57,399 nucleotides of DNA from an uncultured Rhodothermaceae bacterium (GCA_965365465.1 CBDUBU010000001.1:1-57399), one strand, 5' to 3'; positions 29,877 to 40,343 are shown, counted from the first letter of the stretch. Program-made: numbers and translations. Notes: generated by a model not told the origin, from the sequence alone.

Positions 29877-31241
29877 ATGAAAATGGACAAGAGCAAATCT
29901 TTGGAATCTCACTCATCTATGAGTCGAAGGGCTTTTGCAAAAGGCTCGGCTGCTGTGGTAGGAGGACTTATGGCCAGCCAGTCGCCGCTTTTTGCAAGCG
30001 CTTTCTACAGCTCGGATGACGCCATCAAGGTAGGCTTGATTGGTTGCGGCGGGCGCGGCGCAGGAGCAGCTTTGCAAGCACTCAGCACCCAGCAGAATGT
30101 GAAGCTGGTCGCTATGGCAGATGCATTCCAGAACCGGCTGGACGAAACCTACAAAAACATAACCAATCCGGAGTACAAAGATTGGTCTGGAACGGCAGGC
30201 GGCATTCAGCAGCGTGTCGATGTCCCACCGGAACGACAGTTTGTAGGTTTTGATGCCTACAAACAGGTGATTCCGTTGGTAGATGTGGTTATCCTGGCGA
30301 CGCCCCCCGGTTTCCGCCCCGTTCACTTCGAAGCCGCTGTCGATGCCGGCAAGCAGGTCTTCATGGAAAAACCGGTTGCAACCGATGCTCCCGGCGTCCG
30401 CCGGGTCCTGGCAGCGGCTGAGAAGGCAAAACAGAAGAAACTCAATGTCGTCGTGGGCCTTCAGCGCCATTATCAAAACGTATACCGGGAGTGGATGGAC
30501 CGCCTCCACAACGGCGCAATTGGAGATATTATACTCTCGCGCGTCTACTGGAATCAGGAAGGACTCTGGGTGCATCCGCGCCAGCCCGAATGGAGCGAGA
30601 TGGAATACCAGATGCGCAACTGGTATTACTTCACCTGGCTGTGCGGAGATCACATCGTGGAACAGCATATCCACAACATCGATGTCTCAAACTGGGCCAA
30701 GCAGGCGCATCCGGTCAAAGCGCAGGGACAGGGAGGACGGGAAGTCCGAACCGGCAAAGAGTATGGACAGATTTATGATCATCATTTCGTAGAATATGAA
30801 TATGCCGACGGCAGCCGAATGCTTAGCCAATGCCGGCATATCCCCGGCTGTATGAACCGTGTCTCGGAAGCTTTTCATGGCACAAAGGGTACGGCTCCGG
30901 CGCCCGGCGAAATCCTTGATGCATCGGGCAACACCATCTACAAGCACGATGGAAAGGGCGATCTCAACCCATACCAGGTTGAACACAATGAGCTTTTCGA
31001 GGCGATTGCCAATGGCGAGTACAAGTTCGCTGACGCAGAAAACGGCGCTATAGCCTCCATGTCTGCTATCATGGGACGTATGGCTACCTACTCCGGGCAA
31101 GTCATCGACTGGGATGCGGCGCTCAACTCAGATGTCAACCTCGTACCGGAACGCTTCGCCTGGGATGCAGCACCGCCTGTCCTTCCCGACGAGAACGGCT
31201 ACTACCCTGTTCCCACTCCTGGCGTAACCAAAGTAGTATAA
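29877..31241 (+). CDS. Tat-exported Gfo/Idh/MocA family oxidoreductase
   Basis: Twin-arginine signal (SRRAFAKGSAAVVGG), Rossmann motif GLIGCGGRG and FMEKP. Confidence 0.87.
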   Translation: MKMDKSKSLESHSSMSRRAFAKGSAAVVGGLMASQSPLFASAFYSSDDAIKVGLIGCGGRGAGAALQALSTQQNVKLVAMADAFQNRLDETYKNITNPEYKDWSGTAGGIQQRVDVPPERQFVGFDAYKQVIPLVDVVILATPPGFRPVHFEAAVDAGKQVFMEKPVATDAPGVRRVLAAAEKAKQKKLNVVVGLQRHYQNVYREWMDRLHNGAIGDIILSRVYWNQEGLWVHPRQPEWSEMEYQMRNWYYFTWLCGDHIVEQHIHNIDVSNWAKQAHPVKAQGQGGREVRTGKEYGQIYDHHFVEYEYADGSRMLSQCRHIPGCMNRVSEAFHGTKGTAPAPGEILDASGNTIYKHDGKGDLNPYQVEHNELFEAIANGEYKFADAENGAIASMSAIMGRMATYSGQVIDWDAALNSDVNLVPERFAWDAAPPVLPDENGYYPVPTPGVTKVV

Positions 31242-31268
31242 CGGGAGCTATTTTTAGCCAGTCTTTCA

Positions 31269-31300
31269 GGGAGGCATCCTCATGATGCCTCCCTTTTGTT
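31269..31300 (+). terminator. Intrinsic terminator
   Basis: GGGAGGCATC/GATGCCTCCC forms a 10-bp stem with a 5-nt loop, followed by TTTTGTTT. It lies between convergent genes. Confidence 0.75.
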
Positions 31301-31330
31301 TATGTGCCGGAGCGCCGATCCGGTATGTAC

Positions 31331-32113
31331 TTATCCCTGCAAATTCGACTGGCCTCCGTCAATCCATACAGGTGTTCCGGTAATGTGCGCAGCGCGGCCT
31401 GATGCCAGAAACAGCACAAGCTCTGCTACCTGCTCCGGTTTTCCGGGACTTCCATCGGTGAGTGGAATCGCGCCTTCCGGAAATTCAACCGGTTCTTGCG
31501 CCTTCTCAAGATGGCGCCGCTCCGTATGCTCCTCGATTTCCGATTCGATAGCGCCGGGACAAATGGCATTCACCCGAATGCGATGCTTGGCTAATTCCAA
31601 CGCAAGCATTTGCATAAAAGCAAGTTGCCCTGCTTTGGAAGTCGCGTAGGCGCTTGCCCCCGTATTGCTGAACATACGTGTGCCATTGACCGACGAAGTA
31701 ATGATGATGGAGCCTCCCTGGCGTTTAAGCAAGGGCACTGCGTACTTAACGGTATGATAGGTTCCGGTCAGGTTGATGCGAATCGTTTTTTCCCACTCTT
31801 CCGGCTCTAGTTCCTCGATAGGCGCCCAGACGCCATTGATGCCGGCATGGGCAAACACCACATCCAGCCGCCGCCAATTCCGCTCGATGTCGTTGTATAG
31901 CCGCTTCATGTCTTCGGCATCTGCAACGTCTGCAACTACAGCCAGCGCCTCTCCCCCCTGAGCTCGAATTTCCTGTACAGTCTCATCTAGCTTTTCTTTG
32001 GTTCGACCAATGATAACAACTTGCGAGCCTTCGTTTGCAAAAAGCTTCGCGGTCGCCTTCCCGATTCCGGATCCGCCCCCAGTGATGAGTGCTACCTTCC
32101 CTTCCAATTCCAT
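31331..32113 (-). CDS. SDR family oxidoreductase
   Basis: ITGGGSGIG, NAG and the catalytic S...YATSK motif. Start moved to ATG 32111-32113 (MELEGKVALITG). Confidence 0.9.
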   Translation of the reverse strand: MELEGKVALITGGGSGIGKATAKLFANEGSQVVIIGRTKEKLDETVQEIRAQGGEALAVVADVADAEDMKRLYNDIERNWRRLDVVFAHAGINGVWAPIEELEPEEWEKTIRINLTGTYHTVKYAVPLLKRQGGSIIITSSVNGTRMFSNTGASAYATSKAGQLAFMQMLALELAKHRIRVNAICPGAIESEIEEHTERRHLEKAQEPVEFPEGAIPLTDGSPGKPEQVAELVLFLASGRAAHITGTPVWIDGGQSNLQG

Positions 32114-32245
32114 GATGTGTTGGCCTGATTTTCTTGTTGGATCTGGCATTCCAGAAATTAACGCGCCTGCGTTCTGCGCGTTGAAGGCTTGTTGTAACGA
32201 TGCGCTTTCAAGTTGTGAATAGCCTGCACCGGATCATGCTTACCG

Positions 32246-32301
32246 GCAAAAAGGAGAGGCGCCCATACGGTCTCGCCAGACTGTACGAGCGCCTCTCCTT
32301 T
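32246..32301 (-). terminator. Intrinsic terminator (reverse strand)
   Basis: 13-bp perfect stem AAAGGAGAGGCGC/GCGCCTCTCCTTT with an inner CGGTCT/AGACTG helix. On the reverse strand the stem runs into TTTTTG. It lies 55 nt after the stop of the 55-aa ORF. Confidence 0.65.
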
Positions 32302-32355
32302 CAGGCTGATTTTCCAGCAGGCACGATAACCTGCCATTGAATCATAGAGGGCGCC

Positions 32356-32523
32356 TTACATAACAAAGGGGAGGATAATCAGAAACAGAAGCGCAACGGC
32401 AAGAGACCCCATGAAGAAATAGAACGCTAACGGGCGCGTGTCTTTTTCTGTGTTGCTTACCGTGTGAAAAACAGGCGTAATGGATGATTTTGCGCGCTCA
32501 GGCGCTTGTAATGTCGCTTTCAT
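32356..32523 (-). CDS. Hypothetical 55-aa single-TM protein
   Basis: My own translation (below the track cut-off): MKATLQAPERAKSSITPVFHTVSNTEKDTRPLAFYFFMGSLAVALLFLIILPFVM*. It has a C-terminal TM helix, its ATG overlaps the stop of ORF 32520..32723 as ATGA, and a terminator lies downstream. Confidence 0.35.
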   Translation of the reverse strand: MKATLQAPERAKSSITPVFHTVSNTEKDTRPLAFYFFMGSLAVALLFLIILPFVM

Positions 32524-32842
32524 AGTTCGCAAATGGTTATCAGCAAAGCAAATCGGGATGTGTTGCTTCTGTCGCAGTTCATGCGTTGCGCCGGCTGCGG
32601 TACGGTGTTTTTCCTGAATCCCAGCCGTATTTCTCCTGCAACGGAAGCCACCCGCAAAGAATTGGATCTGTTTTTTGTTAACTGCCCCGCATCCGCAAAC
32701 CAGACTTTATCCCTCAACAGCAAACCTGTCTGGATAAGCGCTGGCTTCCTGACTCAAGAACAAGTCGAGACTAAAGAAAACTTTAAAACATGCAGACGCA
32801 GAGGATATAGACGCCTGTCGAAAAAGCGCCTCACTGGTCCTC

Positions 32843-33280
32843 TCATAGCCGGTAAACCTGATACAAGGCGAGACGTGAAGGGCCAGAGAGATTTTCCTCG
32901 CACGACTTGGCCAGAGAACTGCATGAATACGGATGACGCACGATGGCGCAACCCGAATTGGAAGACTGAGAACCTGCAAGAGGCGTCGAGGCTTCAACCG
33001 GCAAAGGCAATTCGACTTGAGTTGACGGCAGGGCAGGAAAACCCGTCTCTGTGGCTGGTAAGAACGCAGCAGCACTGCCGTCGTCTGCTGCTGATTGATC
33101 TGGAACAGCCTCCGGCAACAGCGCCAGGCGGCCTCCTGCCAGGAGAATCGATGCCCCGGCAACGATGACCAAAAGGAGCGCCTTGCCTGCAATAGAGACA
33201 GCCCCTCCCTGCTTCTGGGGAGATCGCACAGTAATGGATCTATAACTGCCTGTCGAGAATAACTTCGTCATAGTTCGCAT
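32843..33280 (-). CDS. Hypothetical membrane-anchored protein (possibly truncated)
   Basis: 145-aa ORF with a short basic N-terminus, a TM helix (ALLLVIVAGASILLAGG) and then a Pro/Ala-rich linker. It ends without a recognisable folded domain. Confidence 0.3.
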   Translation of the reverse strand: MRTMTKLFSTGSYRSITVRSPQKQGGAVSIAGKALLLVIVAGASILLAGGRLALLPEAVPDQSAADDGSAAAFLPATETGFPALPSTQVELPLPVEASTPLAGSQSSNSGCAIVRHPYSCSSLAKSCEENLSGPSRLALYQVYRL

Positions 33281-33454
33281 TCTCAGCTTCCGCCAGCTTC
33301 AACGCGCTAATTTATGATGGTTTTCCGTGGCCGCAAATATTCATAATGCATTACTGTAGAAGCGCATGGAGCATTGGCCGAGATGCCGGCAACTGGGAGA
33401 ATCGGAAAGCGCCGGCCTCTCCTTGCAACTGCCATAAGCCGTGCAAGACAAACT

Positions 33455-34285
33455 TCACAACACGCCGATGAGAATACGACAGGCTACGACGCCGGCAATA
33501 ACAGCAAAGCTGATACGCAGCAGCCTCCTGTCGATGCGGTGAGAGGCCCATACCCCCAGACGGGCGCCGGCGAGGGCAGGCAATGCAAGCAAAAGTCCGT
33601 AGGACCAATCAACGTATCCAATAGCAGACCCCGGGGTTTCCGTTTGTAAACCCGTGAACACGTAGTTAATGATTCCTACGAAAGAAATAATCGTTATCGC
33701 AGCGCTTGAGGTGCCCACAGCCCGGCGAATGGGCATACGGAAGAGATTCGTAAATGCCGGAACCAGAATAACCCCACCGCCTACCCCGGCTGCGGATGCC
33801 ACCATACCCGCTAGCGCTCCGACGCCGGCAAGCGCAAAAGCCGACTTGAGCCTCGGCAATGCAAACCCATTTGACGGTTCCGACTGGCTACTGTATTCCA
33901 TTGCCATTCGGACGGCAACGATGAGCAGTACGATACTGAACACTACCTGAAAAGCAGTCCCATCATACCAGCTTTGGGTCGTCACCAGCCAGGTCATCAG
34001 AATTACGGCAAATGCACTCGATGCCCCCACGCGAAGGGCCACACCGGTATCAACCGACTGCTTTTTGTACTGGGACCACGCACTGGACGATGCCGCAAGA
34101 AGAGTGCAAAGCAAGCTGGTGCCAATGGTGAGTGGAGCTAAAGTAGCCGCATCAACACCCGTATGCTGAAACGTGGCAAAGAGAACAGGAGCAAATATGA
34201 TCCCTCCGCCTACCCCTACCAATCCCGCAATAAAACCGCCTGCCAGACCGGCGCCTGTAAGAATCAGCGCAGTGGCTATACCCAT
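33455..34285 (-). CDS. TauE/SafE family sulfite/anion exporter
   Basis: 276 aa and polytopic, with duplicated G-rich helices (GLVGVGGGIIFAPVL and AAGVGGGVILVPAF) typical of TauE/SafE. Confidence 0.85.
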   Translation of the reverse strand: MGIATALILTGAGLAGGFIAGLVGVGGGIIFAPVLFATFQHTGVDAATLAPLTIGTSLLCTLLAASSSAWSQYKKQSVDTGVALRVGASSAFAVILMTWLVTTQSWYDGTAFQVVFSIVLLIVAVRMAMEYSSQSEPSNGFALPRLKSAFALAGVGALAGMVASAAGVGGGVILVPAFTNLFRMPIRRAVGTSSAAITIISFVGIINYVFTGLQTETPGSAIGYVDWSYGLLLALPALAGARLGVWASHRIDRRLLRISFAVIAGVVACRILIGVL

Positions 34286-34288
34286 GCA

Positions 34289-35980
34289 TTATTTGCCCGA
34301 GCCAAGCACGACTGCATACTTTTCGGAATCACGCAGTACTGAGGCAGCCTGTAAGAGTTGAACGTCGCGCAGCATCGTCTCTTTGATCTGAACCGATTCT
34401 CCGTGATAGCGCGCCATAATCTCTGTCCTAAGTCTTTCTTTCAGGCGTTCCTTATGCCGCTCGAAATCTGCGGCTTTTTCCCGCCCGATGGACTCCATGA
34501 GCGCTTGCACCCCTGCTGTCGTCTGGTCGTAACCTGCCTGACCTAGATCTTCAGCGAGTTTCTCCAGAGAACGCTCGGCATCGAGCCGATAAGAAAACTC
34601 CTGCTCATCCAGCCATCCTCTGAACTGTTTCAGTGTTTCGTCGGTGACGACATAGTCATCCGGTAGGGTCGGATGCGCTGCTGCAAAAAAGTTAGCAAAA
34701 AAGAAAAATGCAGCCCTCCGATCCAGCGCCTGTTCCAACTCACTTTGTTCGCTGCCTGTTACTCTGACATCCGGCTCAATCCCGCCCCCATCTCGAACAG
34801 TCCTTCCAAGAGCGGTTTGGTAGGTATGGCGTAAGGAATCTGCAATAACTATGGATGTACCGTCATGCTGACCATAATCGATTGCCTGGATACTGCGGCC
34901 GCTGGGCGTGTAATACCGCGACGTGGTCATTTTGAGCGAGGTGTTGTACGGCAGCGGCCTGATTACCTGCACCAGCCCCTTGCCAAACGTAGGAACCCCG
35001 ATAACAATGCCCCGATCCAAGTCCTGTATGGCGCCTGCAACAATCTCGCTGGCTGAAGCGCTGTATTCATTTACCAGCACTGCCAGCGGTAAGTCGGGAA
35101 TCATCGGCAATGTCTGGCTGCGATAAGTGCGCTCTGTTTGTGGCAACCGTCCGCGCGTTGAGACAATTACGGATCCCTGTGGCACAAACAGTTGTGTTAT
35201 CTTAACCGCAGCGTCGAGCAGCCCGCCAGGGTTGTCTCGCAAATCCAGGACAACTCCTTGTAACGATCCCGATGCCTGCAGTTCTTGAAGCGCTTTTCGG
35301 ACTTCGGCATCGGCTTCCCGCGCAAACCGGTCCAGTTTTATATATCCGATGCCGGAGGATAGATCGTCCTCAAGGAACCCGCTGTATGTGACATTCTTCA
35401 GGGTAACCTCCTCCCGCGTGAGCAAGAAATGAAGAGGTTCTGCGATTCCTTCACGACTTACGATAATTTCTACAGCCGTTCCAGGCTCCCCGCGCATCAG
35501 GTTACGGATGTCCTTCAGCGACAAATTTTTCGTGGACTGTCCCGCGATATAGGTGATTATATCCCCGGCGCGAACCCCTTGCTTGTAACCGCTGGCTCCT
35601 TCCACAGGAGACACCACCGTAATCTGGCCCCCTCTTATCCCTATGTTAAGACCTACCCCTCCGTAGCGCCCACGTGTTATGATATCAATGTCGGCGTTAT
35701 CCGCCTCGTCGATAAACGTCGTGTATGGATCCAGATCCTCCAGCATCGCGTCGATGCCGGACCTCATAATGCGTTCGGGACTGAGCGGATCGACATAGCC
35801 TCCTACCAATTCCTCGTAAACCGAACTGAAGATTTGAAAATTCTTTCGGAGCGCGAAGAAATCATCGTCGCGCGGCATCCAGAAGCCAGAGACAAAACCG
35901 ATTGCCAGGAACGCGATAAGAAACGCAAGAGAGAGCAGTCTCCTGCTGAACTGTTTGGTAGAGATCGGCTTGATCTTCAC
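34289..35980 (-). CDS. S41 family carboxyl-terminal processing peptidase
   Basis: N-terminal TM helix, a PDZ region (GAGDIITYIAG) and LVN..SASASEI.AGA.QD..R...G..TFGKG. Confidence 0.9.
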   Translation of the reverse strand: MKIKPISTKQFSRRLLSLAFLIAFLAIGFVSGFWMPRDDDFFALRKNFQIFSSVYEELVGGYVDPLSPERIMRSGIDAMLEDLDPYTTFIDEADNADIDIITRGRYGGVGLNIGIRGGQITVVSPVEGASGYKQGVRAGDIITYIAGQSTKNLSLKDIRNLMRGEPGTAVEIIVSREGIAEPLHFLLTREEVTLKNVTYSGFLEDDLSSGIGYIKLDRFAREADAEVRKALQELQASGSLQGVVLDLRDNPGGLLDAAVKITQLFVPQGSVIVSTRGRLPQTERTYRSQTLPMIPDLPLAVLVNEYSASASEIVAGAIQDLDRGIVIGVPTFGKGLVQVIRPLPYNTSLKMTTSRYYTPSGRSIQAIDYGQHDGTSIVIADSLRHTYQTALGRTVRDGGGIEPDVRVTGSEQSELEQALDRRAAFFFFANFFAAAHPTLPDDYVVTDETLKQFRGWLDEQEFSYRLDAERSLEKLAEDLGQAGYDQTTAGVQALMESIGREKAADFERHKERLKERLRTEIMARYHGESVQIKETMLRDVQLLQAASVLRDSEKYAVVLGSGK

Positions 35981-36019
35981 TACGTACCCCAGAGTTACGG
36001 GTGCAAAATGGACGGAGCG

Positions 36020-36904
36020 TTACTCAAGTGCTTTCTTCAACTCGAGCTCCTGCTTACGCCCTACATGGGCTGCTATGAGGATGGATAGCTCATAAAGTCC
36101 GAGCAGAGGCATCGCCACCAGAACCTGCGACACTGGGTCCGGCGGAGTGAAAAGGGCCCCCAGTACAAGAGACAGGATGATGGCGTACTTCCGCGACTTA
36201 CGGAGAAACGGAGCTGAGACAATCCCCATTTTTGCCAGGAAGTAAACCAGCACGGGCAGTTCGAAAAGAACCCCGACGCCAAAAGCCCAGAACGTCACCA
36301 TGCCGAAATACTTGGTGATATCGAACTGGTTCAGGACGGCATCTGAAATGGTGTAGCTCGCGAAGAACTGGAGCGCCAGCGGCGTAATCACCAGATACCC
36401 AAACAGGATCCCAAGCATGAAAAATGCCGTAGCAAACATCGCAGCAAAGCGCATCCCTTCCTTCTCACGCTTGTAGAGGCCCGGCTCGATAAACTTCCAG
36501 AAGAAGTAGATAACCGCTGGAGATCCCACAACCAGTCCTACAGCTACGATAGTACCTATGTGGGCGAAAAACTGCCCGGTTATTGTCCTGTTAAGCAGCA
36601 TCAACGGCTTGGCATCTATACCAAACGCCCGATACATGAAAAAGCCGGGTTTGGTGGGGCCGAGCAGCAACTCATCGATGATCCACTTGCTGAAAAAGCT
36701 GCAAAGAATCGTCGTAGTGACCAGAGCGCCCAGTCCTTTGAAAATGCTCCACCGCAGCTCCTCCAGATGATCCAGAAATGACATCTCCAGAAGATCGTCT
36801 TCAGCATCCGCAGAACCCGGAAGGCGATTTGCAGCGCCGTCACCCTGAGAGCCGGCGGGGGCCTCGGTGAGCAGCGCCGATGATCGAGATCTAAACAGTT
36901 TCAT
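36020..36904 (-). CDS. tatC: Twin-arginine translocase subunit TatC
   Basis: MSFLDHLEELRWSIFKG, six TM helices and the motif F.PGLY..EK. An alternative start is the ATG at 36784. Confidence 0.9.
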   Translation of the reverse strand: MKLFRSRSSALLTEAPAGSQGDGAANRLPGSADAEDDLLEMSFLDHLEELRWSIFKGLGALVTTTILCSFFSKWIIDELLLGPTKPGFFMYRAFGIDAKPLMLLNRTITGQFFAHIGTIVAVGLVVGSPAVIYFFWKFIEPGLYKREKEGMRFAAMFATAFFMLGILFGYLVITPLALQFFASYTISDAVLNQFDITKYFGMVTFWAFGVGVLFELPVLVYFLAKMGIVSAPFLRKSRKYAIILSLVLGALFTPPDPVSQVLVAMPLLGLYELSILIAAHVGRKQELELKKALE

Positions 36905-36972
36905 AGAAAAACAGGGCTTCTAAAGGCATCCCTGCACCAGGAATAAGTAAATTTCTTTTAGAGAGCGCCCCC

Positions 36973-37572
36973 TCATATAGAATCAGAACTACTGCGTGCG
37001 CTGTCACGAAGGTTTAAATCAAGGAGAGAGTCTACCCACACCCCTTCCGATTCAATTCGCGCCCGGCCGCCGCTCCATGTGAAGTTGAACAACGTCATCA
37101 ACCCGACAACGGTAAACCCGTCTCCTCTCAGCAGCGAAAGAGCGCGGGATGCACTTCGCCCGCTATTGAGAATGTCATCCAGCAGTACGATAGGTTGCTT
37201 TCTGTCTACAGGACCTTCAACAAGGCGCCGGCGCCCGTGGGGTTTTCTTTGCTCCCGCACGAAACCGCCCTTAAACGCCGGCATTCCGGGCGCTGCCAGT
37301 ACTGAACAGACCATCGAAAAGGCTCCAAACCCGTAGCCTGCTACCTGGAACACGCCTTTGGCTCGCAGCCGCTCTGAGAGCACAGATCCGACCTCATTCA
37401 CGACGCGTCCATCCAGCATGGGAATCCGGGTGTCCAGCAACCAGCCTATCGGCTGTCCGCGCGGATCCGTGATTAGCTCCTGCTCGCGCCGCACGAGGGC
37501 GTGTTCATAAAGACGTCGCCCTAGTTCGACAAGGTCAGCATAGGTTGAACTCGTTAGCGTGCTGCTAGCCAT
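36973..37572 (-). CDS. Phosphoribosyltransferase-family protein (OPRT-like)
   Basis: PRPP-binding loop VLLDDILNSGRSA. Start moved to ATG 37570-37572 (MASSTLTS). Confidence 0.7.
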   Translation of the reverse strand: MASSTLTSSTYADLVELGRRLYEHALVRREQELITDPRGQPIGWLLDTRIPMLDGRVVNEVGSVLSERLRAKGVFQVAGYGFGAFSMVCSVLAAPGMPAFKGGFVREQRKPHGRRRLVEGPVDRKQPIVLLDDILNSGRSASRALSLLRGDGFTVVGLMTLFNFTWSGGRARIESEGVWVDSLLDLNLRDSARSSSDSI

Positions 37573-37782
37573 GAACGTTTTCCAATCACATATACAGAAC
37601 TGCTGCCTGGGGTCGCCGGCTCGCAGGCTTATTATCTTGCTTTCTTGTTCACGGGATGCTACAACGTTGAACAAGAATATAAGCTACTTTGTTTTTTGAA
37701 TTTATTATGCTCGTCGAGGTTGCCTCAACACTAATGGATCTGGCGGAAGATGGTCTACCGGCTTGCTCCAGATCCGTTCCGC

Positions 37783-39090
37783 TCACGCAACGGCGAAATC
37801 GTACAAGGGAAACTGCCTGCATAGCTCCTGCACTCCTCCCCTGACACGACCCCGGGTGTGCTCGTCGCCCGGATTTTGAAGCACCTGATCTATCATGTCC
37901 ACGACTTGCAAGAACTCTTGCTCGCGGAAGCCGCGCGTCGTCATGGCAGGCGTGCCCAGACGAATTCCACTGGTTACGAAAGGACTCTTGTCATCAAACG
38001 GAACCATGTTTTTATTCACGGTAATGTCTGCTGCTTGCAGCGCGGCTTCGGCATCTTTCCCGCTTATGCCTTTGTTGCGCAGATCAATCAGAATGAGGTG
38101 ATTGTCGGTGCCGTCGGACACAAGATTATAGCCTTGCTCCACAAAAGCATCTGCCATAGCGCGGGCATTCGCAAGAACTTGTCGGCCATAGTCGCGGAAA
38201 GAAGGCTTCAATGCTTCTCCGAGCGCCACGGCTTTGGCGGCAATGACATGCATGAGCGGGCCGCCTTGCGTGCCGGGAAAGACACTCGAATCAAAAAGCT
38301 CGCTCATCTTGCGAGTGCGTCCCGTTTTCGGAGCCGTCTTGCCAAACGGATTATCGTAATCCTTGCCGATCAGCAGCATTCCGCCCCGAGGCCCCCGCAA
38401 GGTCTTATGCGTCGTCGTAGAGACAATGTGCGCGTGTAGCATTGGGTCATTGAGCAATCCTGCTGCGATAAGACCAGCGGTGTGCGCCATATCCATCCAC
38501 AGGAATGCTCCTGCCTCCTCCGCAATGCTGCGAAAAGCTTTATAGTCAAAGTCGCGCGGGTACGCGCTTGCGCCGATTGAAATCAGTTTGGGTTTAACAC
38601 GCAAGGCCGTTTCGCGCACCTTGTTCATATCGATACGGCCGGCAAGAGGTCCTTCCTTTTCCACACCGTAAAACACTGCGTTGTACAGCATCCCGGAAAA
38701 GTTTACAGGACTGCCGTGGGTAAGGTGGCCTCCGTGCGCGAGATCAAGCCCAAGAAGCGTATCTCCCGGCTCTAATAGGGTCAGGTAAACGGCTGCATTC
38801 GCCTGCGCACCGGAATGGGGCTGCACATTTACCCAATCACACTTGAACAACTCCTTCGCCCGATCCCTCGCCAGATCTTCGGCAATATCAACGTACTGGC
38901 AACCTCCGTAGTACCGCTTGCCGGGCAGTCCCTCGGCATATTTATTCGTGAGCGGAGAACCCATAGCTTGAAGCACTGCTTTTGAAACGAAATTTTCAGA
39001 AGCAATCAGTTCAAGGCCATCGTTCTGACGCTCTACTTCCTGCTCAATCGCTTCAAATACTTCAGGATCTTGTGTTTGCAGATCAATCAT
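37783..39090 (-). CDS. glyA: Serine hydroxymethyltransferase
   Basis: [22 protein letters not shown] and [13 protein letters not shown] (PLP lysine). Confidence 0.97.
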   Translation of the reverse strand: MIDLQTQDPEVFEAIEQEVERQNDGLELIASENFVSKAVLQAMGSPLTNKYAEGLPGKRYYGGCQYVDIAEDLARDRAKELFKCDWVNVQPHSGAQANAAVYLTLLEPGDTLLGLDLAHGGHLTHGSPVNFSGMLYNAVFYGVEKEGPLAGRIDMNKVRETALRVKPKLISIGASAYPRDFDYKAFRSIAEEAGAFLWMDMAHTAGLIAAGLLNDPMLHAHIVSTTTHKTLRGPRGGMLLIGKDYDNPFGKTAPKTGRTRKMSELFDSSVFPGTQGGPLMHVIAAKAVALGEALKPSFRDYGRQVLANARAMADAFVEQGYNLVSDGTDNHLILIDLRNKGISGKDAEAALQAADITVNKNMVPFDDKSPFVTSGIRLGTPAMTTRGFREQEFLQVVDMIDQVLQNPGDEHTRGRVRGGVQELCRQFPLYDFAVA

Positions 39091-39267
39091 GCGGCGCCAA
39101 CGTCGATTTATGTTGTAAGGACTGTGGTAAAATCATATTGGGATGACATATCCCATAGGCTAAGACGCACCCCGCGCAACTCCAAAAGCCATACGTTGTT
39201 GAAAGTTAAGGAGAACACGCCTCTCAACGCTAGATTTTCGACGGCTGTCGAGACTTGAACACACATT

Positions 39268-39603
39268 TTATCGGGATAATGCGCTAGGGCGTTTCACCTC
39301 AAAGAATGTGCCTTCAATTCCCAGGAACCGCCACTCGTTTTCGCTTTTGCCCTTCCCGTCAAGATCTATGGTGTAGATGCTGAAAAACACATAGTTCTCT
39401 CGCTCCGTGACACGATCGATATATGAACCGGCCAGTCGGGAGCCGATCCCAGAGAGCGCTTCTCCAAATGGGCTGCCGACTACCTGCTCTTGAAGCAACC
39501 CCTTCGACTGCTTCTCTACAAATACCTTGAACTCCTCCATGTCCGGATTAAAAAAAACCAGCGTAATCATCAGAAGCAGCAGAAGCACGACAGACGTACG
39601 CAT
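39268..39603 (-). CDS. Hypothetical small membrane-anchored protein (DUF4359-like?)
   Basis: N-terminal TM helix (VVLLLLLMITLVFF). Start moved to ATG 39601-39603. The family guess is weak. Confidence 0.5.
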   Translation of the reverse strand: MRTSVVLLLLLMITLVFFNPDMEEFKVFVEKQSKGLLQEQVVGSPFGEALSGIGSRLAGSYIDRVTERENYVFFSIYTIDLDGKGKSENEWRFLGIEGTFFEVKRPSALSR

Positions 39604-39659
39604 AAACAGCAAAGCTTTTGTTTTAGAAGGCGTCCGCAGAAAACCCGTACGCCTTTCCT

Positions 39660-40343
39660 TCAGTTCATAAGGGCATGGACAAGGATGTTGGCGCCCATGC
39701 GTAACGCCTGGTCTCGTTTCTCCGGTGGATCGTTGTGAACCTGCGGCGATTCCCATCCATCGCTGATATTCGTCTCATAAGAATAAAATATAACCAGCCG
39801 TCCCTCCTGTACAATCCCGAATCCCTGGGGCGGCTTGCCATCGTGTTCATGAATCTTCGGCAAGCCGGGAAAATCGTATTCAGTATGGTAGATGGGATGA
39901 TTAAAGGGCAATTCGACCCAATCCGACTCCGGAAAAACTTTTTTAATTTCCCTCTTCACATATTTGTCGAGGCCATAGTCGTCATCTATGTAGAGAAAAC
40001 CACCCCCCAGAAGATACCGACGTAAGCGCCGGACTTCGTCTTCATTGAGTGCAATATTCCCATGTCCCGACATGAAAAGAAAGGGATAACTGAAGATCTT
40101 GTCGCTGGTTAGCTCAACCACCTCTGCCTGCGGCGCTACATCCAGGTTCGTATGGTCGCGCACGTACTTCAGCAAGTTAGGCAGCGGCGTTTGTCCCTGA
40201 TACCAATCTCCCCCGCCGCTATACTTGACGGCAGCAATAGTGAAGGAGTATTGGTCCTGAGCTTGAGCAGGTGGAGGAGAAACACCCCCCCAGCATACAA
40301 GACTCAGACCGATAACAATCCAGATACGGCTTTCGGCAACCAT
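39660..40343 (-). CDS. DUF4159 domain protein
   Basis: Signal peptide followed by KYSGGGDWY......LPNLL, PFLFMSGHGN..L...E...LR.YL..GGFL..DD.YG, as in DUF4159 proteins. Confidence 0.7.
   Translation of the reverse strand: MVAESRIWIVIGLSLVCWGGVSPPPAQAQDQYSFTIAAVKYSGGGDWYQGQTPLPNLLKYVRDHTNLDVAPQAEVVELTSDKIFSYPFLFMSGHGNIALNEDEVRRLRRYLLGGGFLYIDDDYGLDKYVKREIKKVFPESDWVELPFNHPIYHTEYDFPGLPKIHEHDGKPPQGFGIVQEGRLVIFYSYETNISDGWESPQVHNDPPEKRDQALRMGANILVHALMN

Noticed and set aside
29913-30674. 253-aa reverse ORF inside the Gfo/Idh/MocA gene
   Set aside because: It is antisense to a gene with a Tat signal, a Rossmann motif and a terminator. It is a shadow ORF.
32533-33168. 211-aa forward ORF
   Set aside because: It is Arg/Pro/Thr-rich with no motif and lies opposite reverse-strand ORFs that have TM helices, ATGA coupling and a terminator. 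It is probably non-coding, although the whole region remains ambiguous.
37858-38439. 193-aa forward ORF inside glyA
   Set aside because: It is antisense to canonical serine hydroxymethyltransferase.
39091-39267. Possible ZTP/THF/glycine riboswitch upstream of glyA
   Set aside because: The reverse-strand leader shows only short 5-bp hairpins. The ZTP pseudoknot motifs (GGGUCGUG...CCGCCUGGGC) are absent.
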